NCBI GenBank assembly: GCA_964276515.1
Contig: OZ193909.1
Location: 9,424,001-9,488,000 of the forward strand
Length of the DNA: 64,000 bases
Direction of reading: 5' to 3'
Source: Gordius albopunctatus
Taxonomy: Eukaryota
Below are positions 56,222-64,000 of the stretch, piece by piece. Each line of letters starts with the position of its first letter. Position 1 is the stretch's first letter. The translations under genes and the position numbers were made by a program. The notes under the pieces were generated by a model. The model had not been told where the DNA came from and made no database searches. It saw only the letters and a program-made list of their open reading frames with translations.

Positions 56222-59200
56222 AATTAAACTTTTCGTGTTGCGTTTAGATTGTTTCAAGATCGCTTTCTAATTCCGTCTATAGTTTTTGTGAAACAAGCTC
56301 TATGTGATCGTGATTCAAAGTTAATAATTTTTGAGGACTGATCAAAAAATTTTTTTAACGAATTCACCTCTGATATCGAAAACTTTCATGAGGGCTATAT
56401 TGTTGAACAAAAAATTTAAAGAATTTTGAGGTCGAAAAAAATATTTATTTTCATATTCTGTCGAAAGGGGGCGGAAGAAATATTTAAAAGATAGTAATTA
56501 TTCTTAGCATTATGTCCTTGTTAAAATCCCGATAAGAATTTTTGCACGGGTGGAGTTTTAGATTGAGAAAAACTAAACTTTTTATGTTGCGTTTCAAAAT
56601 CGCTTTCTAAGCCTGTCTTTAGTTTTTGTGAAACAAGCTCTATGTGATTCTGATTGAAAGTTAATAATTTTTGAAGACTGATCAAAATTTTTTTTAACGA
56701 ATTCACCTCTGATATCGAAAACTTTCATGAGGGCTATATGCTTTAACAAAAAAAATAGACAAAAATTTTGAGGTCGAAAAAAATATTTATTTTCATATTC
56801 TTTCGAAAGGGGGCTGAAGAATTATTTAAAAGTCAGTAAATATTCTTAGCATTATGTCCTTGTTAAAATCCCGATAAGAATTTTTGCACGGGGGGAAGTT
56901 TTAGATTGAGAGAAACTAAACTTTTTATGTTGCGTTTAGATTGTTTTTAAATCGCTTTCTAAGCCTGTCTTTAGTTTTTGTGAAACAAGCTCTAGGTGAT
57001 CGTGATTCAAAGTTAATAATTTTTGAGGACTGATCAAAAAATTTTTTTAACGAATTCACCTCTGATATCGAAAACTTTCATGAGGGCTATATTGTTGAAC
57101 AAAAAATTTAAAAAATTTTGAGGTCGAAAAAAATATTTATTTTTATATTCTTTCGAAAGGGGGCGGAAGAAATATTTAAAAGATAGTAAATATTCTTAGC
57201 ATTATGTCCTTGTTAAAATCCCGATAAGAATTTTTGCACGGGTGGAGTTTTAGATTGAGAAAAATTAAACTTTTCGTGTTGCGTTTAGATTGTTTCAAGA
57301 TCGTTTCTAATTTCGTCTATAGTTTTTGTGAAACAAGCTATATGTGATCGTGATTCAAAGTTAATAATTTTTGAGGACTGATCAAAAAATTTTTTTAACG
57401 AATTCACCTCTGACATCGAAAACTTTCATGAATAATATTTATTTTTATATTCTTTAGAAAGGGGGCTGAAGAAATATTTAAAAGATAGTAAATATTCTTA
57501 GCATTATGTCCTTGTTAAAATCCCGATAAGAATTTTTGCACGGGTGGAGTTTTAGATTGAGAAAAATTAAACTTTTCGTGTTGCGTTTAGATTGTTTCAA
57601 GATCGTTTCTAATTTCGTCTATAGTTTTTGTGAAACAAGCTATATGTGATTGTGATTCAAAGTTAATAATTTTTGAGGACTGATCAAAAAATTTTTTTAA
57701 CGAATTCACCTCTGATATCGAAAACTTTCATGAGGGCTATATGGTTGAACAAAAAATTTAAAAAATTTTGAGGTCGAAAAAAATATTTATTTTCATATTC
57801 TTTCGAAAGGGGGCTGAAGAAATACTTAAAAGATAGTAAATATTCTTAGCATTATGTCCTTGTTAAAATCCCGATAAGATTTTTCCACTGGGGGAAATTT
57901 TAGATTGAGAGAAATTAAACTTTTCGTGTTGCGTTTAGATTGTTTCAAGATCGTTTCTAATTTCGTCTATAGTTTTTGTGAAACAAGCTATATGTGATCG
58001 TGATTCAAAGTTAATAATTTTTGAGGACTGATCAAAAAATTTTTTTAACGAATTCACCTCTGATATCGAAAACTTTCATGAGGGCTATATGGTTGAACAA
58101 AAAATTTAAAAAATTTTGAGGTCGAAAAAAATATTTATTTTCATATTCTTTCGAAAGGGGGCTGAAGAAATAATTAAAAGATAGTAAATATTCTTAGCAT
58201 TATGTCCTTGTTAAAATCCCGATAAGAATTTTTGCACGGGTGGAGTTTTATAGATTGAGAAAAACTAAACTTTTCGTGTTGCGTTTAGATTTTTTCAAAA
58301 TCGTTTTCTAATCGCGTCTCTAGTTTTTATGAAACAAGCTCTATGTGATTATGATTAAAAGTTAATAATTTTTGAGGACTGATCAAAAATTATTTTAACG
58401 AATTCACCTCTGACATCGAAAACTTTCACGAGGGCTATATGCTCTAACAAAAAAAATTGAGAAAAATTTTGAGGTCGAAAAAAATATTTATTTTCATATT
58501 ATTTGGAAAGGGGGATGAAAAAATCTTTAAAAGTCAATAAATATTCTTAGCATTATGTCCTTGTTATAATCCCGATAAGAATTTTTGCACGGGGGGAAGT
58601 TTTAGATTGAGAGAAACTAAACTTTTTATGTTGCGTTTAGATTGTTTTTAAATCGCTTTCTAAGCCTGTCTTTAGTTTTTGTGAAACAAGCTCTATGTGA
58701 TTGTTATTGAAAGTTAATAATTTTTGAAGACTGATCAAAAAATTTTTTTAACGAATTCACCTCTGATATCGAAAACTTTCATGAGGGCTATATGGTTGAA
58801 CAAAAAATTTAAAAAATTTAGAGGTCGAAAAAAATATTTATTTTCATATTCTTTCGAAAGGGGGCGGAAGAAATAATTAAAAGATAGTAAATATTCTTAG
58901 CATTATGTCCTTGTTAAAATCCCGATAAGAATTTTTGCACGGGGGGAAGTTTTAGATTGAGAGAAACTAAACTTTTTATGTTGCGTTTAGATTGTTTTTA
59001 AATCGCTTTCTAAGCCTGTCTTTAGTTTTTGTGAAACAAGCTCTAGGTGATCGTGATTCAAAGTTAATAATTTTTGAGGACTGATCAAAAAAATTTTTTA
59101 ACGAATTCACCTCTGATATTGAAAACTTTCACGAGGGCTATATACTTTAACAAAAAAAATTGACAAAAATTTTGAGGTCGAAAAAAATATTTATTTTCAT

Positions 59201-59329
59201 ATTATTTGTAAAGGAAGCTGAAAAAATCTTTAAAAGTCAGTAAATATTCTTAGCATTATGTCCTTGTTATAATCCCGATAAGAATTTTTGCACGGGGGGA
59301 AGTTTTAGATTGAGAGAAACTAAACTTTT
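56222..59329 (+). repeat. About 3.1-kb block duplicate of about 52125-55234 (offset 4097, later 4095)
   Basis: 9-bp deletion ORF 52424/56521, 49-bp deletion 53336/57433, TTTTATAGATTG 54153/58250 and ATTTAGAGGT 54725/58820. Confidence 0.88.
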
Positions 59330-62300
59330 TATGTTGCGTTTAGATTGTTTCAAGATCGCTTTCTAATTTCGTCTATAGTTTTTGTGAAACAAGCTCTAGG
59401 TGATCGTGATTCAAAGTTAATAATTTTTGAGGACTGATCAAAAAATTTTTTTAACGAATTCACCTCTGATATCGAAAACTTTCATGAGGGCTATATACTT
59501 TAATAAAAAAAATTGACAAAAATTTTGATGTCGAAAAAAATATTTATTTTCATATTATTTGGAAAGGGGGCTGAAAAAATCTTTAAAAGTGAGTAAATAT
59601 TCTTAGCATTATGTCCTTGTTAAAATCCCGATAAGAATTTTTTCACGGGGGGAAGTTTTAGATTGAGAGAAATTAAACTTTTCGTGTTGCGTTTAGATTG
59701 TTTCAAGATCGCTTTCTAATTTCGTCTATAGTTTTTGTGAAACAAGCTCTAGGTGATCGTGATTCAAAGTTAATAATTTTTGAGGACTGATCAAAAAATT
59801 TTTTTAACGAATTCACCTCTGATATCGAAAACTTTCATGAATGCTATATGCTTTAACAAAAAAAATTGACAAAAATTTTGACGTCGAAAAAAATATTTAT
59901 TTTCATATTCTTTAGAAAGGGGGCTGAAGAAATATTTAAAAGTCAGTAAATATTCTTAGCATTATGTCCTTGTTAAAATCCCGATAAGAATTTTTGCACG
60001 GGGGGAAGTTTTAGATTGAGAGAAACTAAACTTTTTATGTTGCGTTTAGATTGTTTTTAAATCGCTTTCTAAGCCTGTCTTTAGTTTTTGTGAAACAAGC
60101 TCTAGGTGATCGTGATTCAAAGTTAATAATTTTTGAGGACTGATCAAAAAAATTTTTTAACGAATTCACCTCTGATATCGAAAACTTTCATGAGGGCTAT
60201 ATACTTTAACAAAAAAAATTGACAAAAATTTTGATGTCGAAAAAAATATTTATTTTCATATTATTTGGAAAGGGGGCTGAAAAAATCTTTAAAAGTGAGT
60301 AAATATTCTTAGCATTATGTCCTTGTTAAAATCCCGATAAGAATTTTTTCACGGGGGGAAATTTTAGATTTAGAGAAACTAAACTTTTCGTGTTGCGTTT
60401 AGATTCTTTCAAGATCGCTTTCTAATTTCGTCTATAGTTTTTATGAAACAAGCTCTATGTGATTATGATTAAAAGTTAATAATTTTTGAGGACTGATCAA
60501 AAAATTTTTTTAACGAATTCACCTCTGACATCGAAAACTTTCATGAATGCTATATGCTTTAACAAAAAAAATTGACAAAAATTTTGACGTCGAAAAAAAT
60601 ATTTATTTTCATATTCTTTAGAAAGGGGGCTGAAGAAATATTTAAAAGTCAGTAAATATTCTTAGCATTATGTCCTTGTTAAAATCCCGATAAGAATTTT
60701 TGCACGGGGGGAAGTTTTAGATTGAGAGAAACTAAACTTTTTATGTTGCGTTTAGATTGTTTTTAAATCGCTTTCTAAGCCTGTCTTTAGTTTTTGTGAA
60801 ACAAGCTCTAGGTGATCGTGATTCAAAGTTAATAATTTTTGAGGACTGATCAAAAAATTTTTTTAACGAATTCACCTCTGATATCGAAAACTTTCATGAG
60901 GGCTATATAGTTGAATAAAAATTTAAAAAATTTTGAGGTCGAAAAAAATATTTATTTTCATATTATTTGGGAAGGGGGCTGAAAAAATCTTTAAAAGTCA
61001 GTAAATATTCTTAGCATTATGTCCTTGTTAAAATCCCGATAAGAATTTTTGCACGGGGGGAAGTTTTAGATTGAGAGAAACTAAACTTTTTATGTTGCGT
61101 TTAGATTGTTTTTAAATCGCTTTCTAAGCCTGTCTTTAGTTTTTGTGAAACAAGCTCTAGGTGATCGTGATTCAAAGTTAATAATTTTTGAGGACTGATC
61201 AAAAAATTTTTTTAACGAATTCACCTCTGATATCGAAAACTTTCATGAGGGCTATATAGTTGAATAAAAATTTAAAAAATTTTGAGGTCGAAAAAAATAT
61301 TTATTTTCATATTATTTGGGAAGGGGGCTGAAAAAATCTTTAAAAGTCAGTAAATATTCTTAGCATTATGTCCTTGTTAAAATCCCGATAAGAATTTTTA
61401 CACGGGGTGAAGTTTTAGATTGAGAGAAATTAAACTTTTCGTGTTGCGTTTAGATTCTTCTTTCAAGATCGCTTTCAAATCGCGTCTCTAGTTTTTGTGA
61501 AACAAGCTCTTTGTGATTATGATTCAAAGTTAATAATTTTTGAAGACTGATCAAAAATTATTTTTAACGAATTCACCTCTGACATCGAAAACTTTCACGA
61601 GGGCTATATGCTTTAACAAAAAAAATTGACAAAAATTTTGAGGTCGAAAAAAATATTTATTTTCATATTATTTGGAAAGGGGGATGAAAAAATCTTTAAA
61701 AGTCAGTAAATATTCTTAGCATTATGTCCTTGTTAAAATCCCGATAAGAATTTTTGCACGGGGGGAAGTTTTAGATTGAGAGAAACTAAACTTTTTATGT
61801 TGCGTTTAGATTGTTTCAAAATCGCTTTCTAAGCCTGTCTTTAGTTTTTGTGAAACAAGCTCTAGGTGATCTTGATTCAAAGTTAATAATTTTTGAGGAC
61901 TGATCAAAAAATTTTTTTAACGAATTCACCTCTGACATCGAAAACTTTCACGAGGGCTATATGCTTTAACAAAAAAAATTGACAAAAATTTTGAGGTCGA
62001 AAAAAATATTTATTTTCATATTATTTGTAAAGGAAGCTGAAAAAATCTCTGAAAGTCAGTAAATATTCTTAGCATTATGTCCTTGTTAAAATCCCGATAA
62101 GAATTTTTGCACGGGGGGAAGTTTTAGATTGAGAGAAACTAAACTTTTTATGTTGCGTTTAGATTGTTTTTAAATCGCTTTCTAAGCCTGTCTTTAGTTT
62201 TTGTGAAACAAGCTCTATGTGATTATGATTCAAAGTTAATAATTTTTGAGGACTGATCAAAATTTTTTTTAACGAATTCACCTCTGACATCGAAAACTTT

Positions 62301-64000
62301 CACGAGGGCTATATGCTTTAACAAAAAAAATTGACAAAAATTTTGAGGTCGAAAAAAATATTTATTTTCATATTATTTGTAAAGGAAGCTGAAAAAATCT
62401 TTAAAAGTCAGTAAATATTCTTACCATTATGTCCTTGTTAAAATCCCGATAAGAATTTTTGCAAGGGGGGAAATTTTAGATTTAGAGAAACTAAACTTTT
62501 CGTGTTGCGTTTAGATTCTTTCAAGATCGCTTTCTAATTTCGTCTATAGTTTTTATGAAACAAGCTCTATGTGATTATGATTAAAAGTTAATAATTTTTG
62601 AGGACTGATCAAAAAATTTTTTTAACGAATTCACCTCTGACATCGAAAACTTTCATGAATGCTATATGCTTTAACAAAAAAAATTGACAAAAATTTTGAC
62701 GTCGAAAAAAATATTTATTTTCATATTCTTTAGAAAGGGGGCTGAAGAAATATTTAAAAGTCAGTAAATATTCTTAGCATTATGTCCTTGTTAAAATCCC
62801 GATAAGAATTTTTGCAAGGGGGGAAATTTTAGATTTAGAGAAACTAAACTTTTCGTGTTGCGTTTAGATTCTTCTTTCAAGATCGCTTTCAAATCGCGTC
62901 TCTAGTTTTTGTGAAACAAGCTCTTTGTGATTATGATTCAAAGTTAATAATTTTTGAGGACTGATCAAATTTTTTTTTAACGAATTCACCTCTGATATCG
63001 AAAACTTTCATGAGGGCTATATGCTTTAACAAAAAAAATTGACAAAAATTTTGAGGTCGAAAAAAATATTTATTTTCATATTATTTGGAAAGGGGGATGA
63101 AAAAATGTTTAAAAGTCAGTAAATATTCTTAGCATTATGTCCTTGTTAAAATCCCGATAAGAATTTTTTCACGGGGGGAAGTTTTAGATTGAGAGAAACT
63201 AAACTTTTTATGTTGCGTTTAGATTTTTTTTAAATCGCTTTCTAAGCCTGTCTTTAGTTTTTGTGAAACAAGCTCTAGGTGATCGTGATTCAAAGTTAAT
63301 AATTTTTGAGGACTGATCAAAAAATTTTTTTAACGAATTCACCTCTGATATCGAAAACTTTCATGAGAGCTATATGGTTGAACAAAAAATTTAAAAAATT
63401 TTGAGGTCGAAAAAAATATTTATTTTCATATTATTTGTAAAGGAAGCTGAAAAAATCTTTAAAAGTCAGAAAATATTCTTAGCATTATGTCCTTGTTAAA
63501 ATCCCGATAAGATTTTTCCACTGGGGGAAGTTTTAGATTGAGAGAAATTAAACTTTTCGTGTTGCGTTTAGATTGTTTCAAGATCGCTTTCTAATTTCGT
63601 CTATAGTTTTTGTGAAACAAGCTCTATGTGATCGTGATTCAAAGTTAATAATTTTTGAGGACTCATCAAAAAATTTTTTTAACGAATTCACCTCTGATAT
63701 CGAAAACTTTCATGAGGGCTATATGGTTGAACAAAAAAAATTGACAAAAATTTTGAGGTCGAAAAAAATATTTATTTTCCTATTATTTGGAAAGGGGGCT
63801 GAAAAAATCTTTAAAAGTCAGTAAATATTCTTAGCATTATGTCCTTGTTAAAATCCCGATAAGAATTTTTACACGGGGGGAAGTTTTAGATTCAGAGAAA
63901 TTAAACTTTTCGTGTTGCGTTTAGATTGTTTCAAGATCGCTTTCTAATTTCGTCTATAGTTTTTGTGAAACAAGCTCTAGGTGATCGTGATTCAAAGTTA

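Larger units (their letters stand above)
1..64000. repeat. AT-rich tandem satellite DNA array, monomer about 349-353 bp, about 180 head-to-tail copies
   Basis: The anchor TCGCTTTCTA recurs at 1, 354, 706, 1056, 1405, 1758 and onward to the window end. Each unit carries GAAACAAGCT, GAATTCACCTCTGA and TTATGTCCTTGTTAAAATCCCGATAAGA (rare single-base variants). No inversion or foreign insertion was seen, and the array runs off both edges. Confidence 0.99.

Noticed and set aside
63573..63824. 83-aa plus-strand ORF
   Set aside because: It begins at TTG and is open because a single change (GACTGA to GACTCA at about 63664) removes a stop present in other monomers. The K/F/I-rich composition reflects A/T tracts.
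1..64000. CRISPR-like or cassette array (conserved boxes alternating with variable segments)
   Set aside because: The variable segments are alleles of homologous sequence, not unique spacers. The period is about 350 bp, and there are no cas, integrase or recombinase genes.

Overview
The whole 64-kb window is one uninterrupted, head-to-tail, AT-rich satellite DNA array. It has about 180 monomers, mostly 349-353 bp, all in the same orientation, with one GAATTC (EcoRI) site per monomer. I found no genes, RNA genes, transposons, CRISPR spacers or unique sequence. The six ORFs supplied are by-products of satellite variants. This organisation is typical of eukaryotic (peri)centromeric heterochromatin, but I do not recognise the family or species. 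The informative content is the array's internal history. The left domain (1-35 kb) is a homogenised mosaic of a few variant modules, and the right domain is more divergent. There are local higher-order repeats (6-mer 2109 bp, 8-mer 2800 bp, 4-mer 1393 bp) and multi-kb block duplications (offsets about 13.0, 10.8 and 4.1 kb). Propagated deletion monomers and a probable conversion tract are also present. I see no evidence of a new protein- or RNA-based system. All alignments were done by eye, so block boundaries are approximate.
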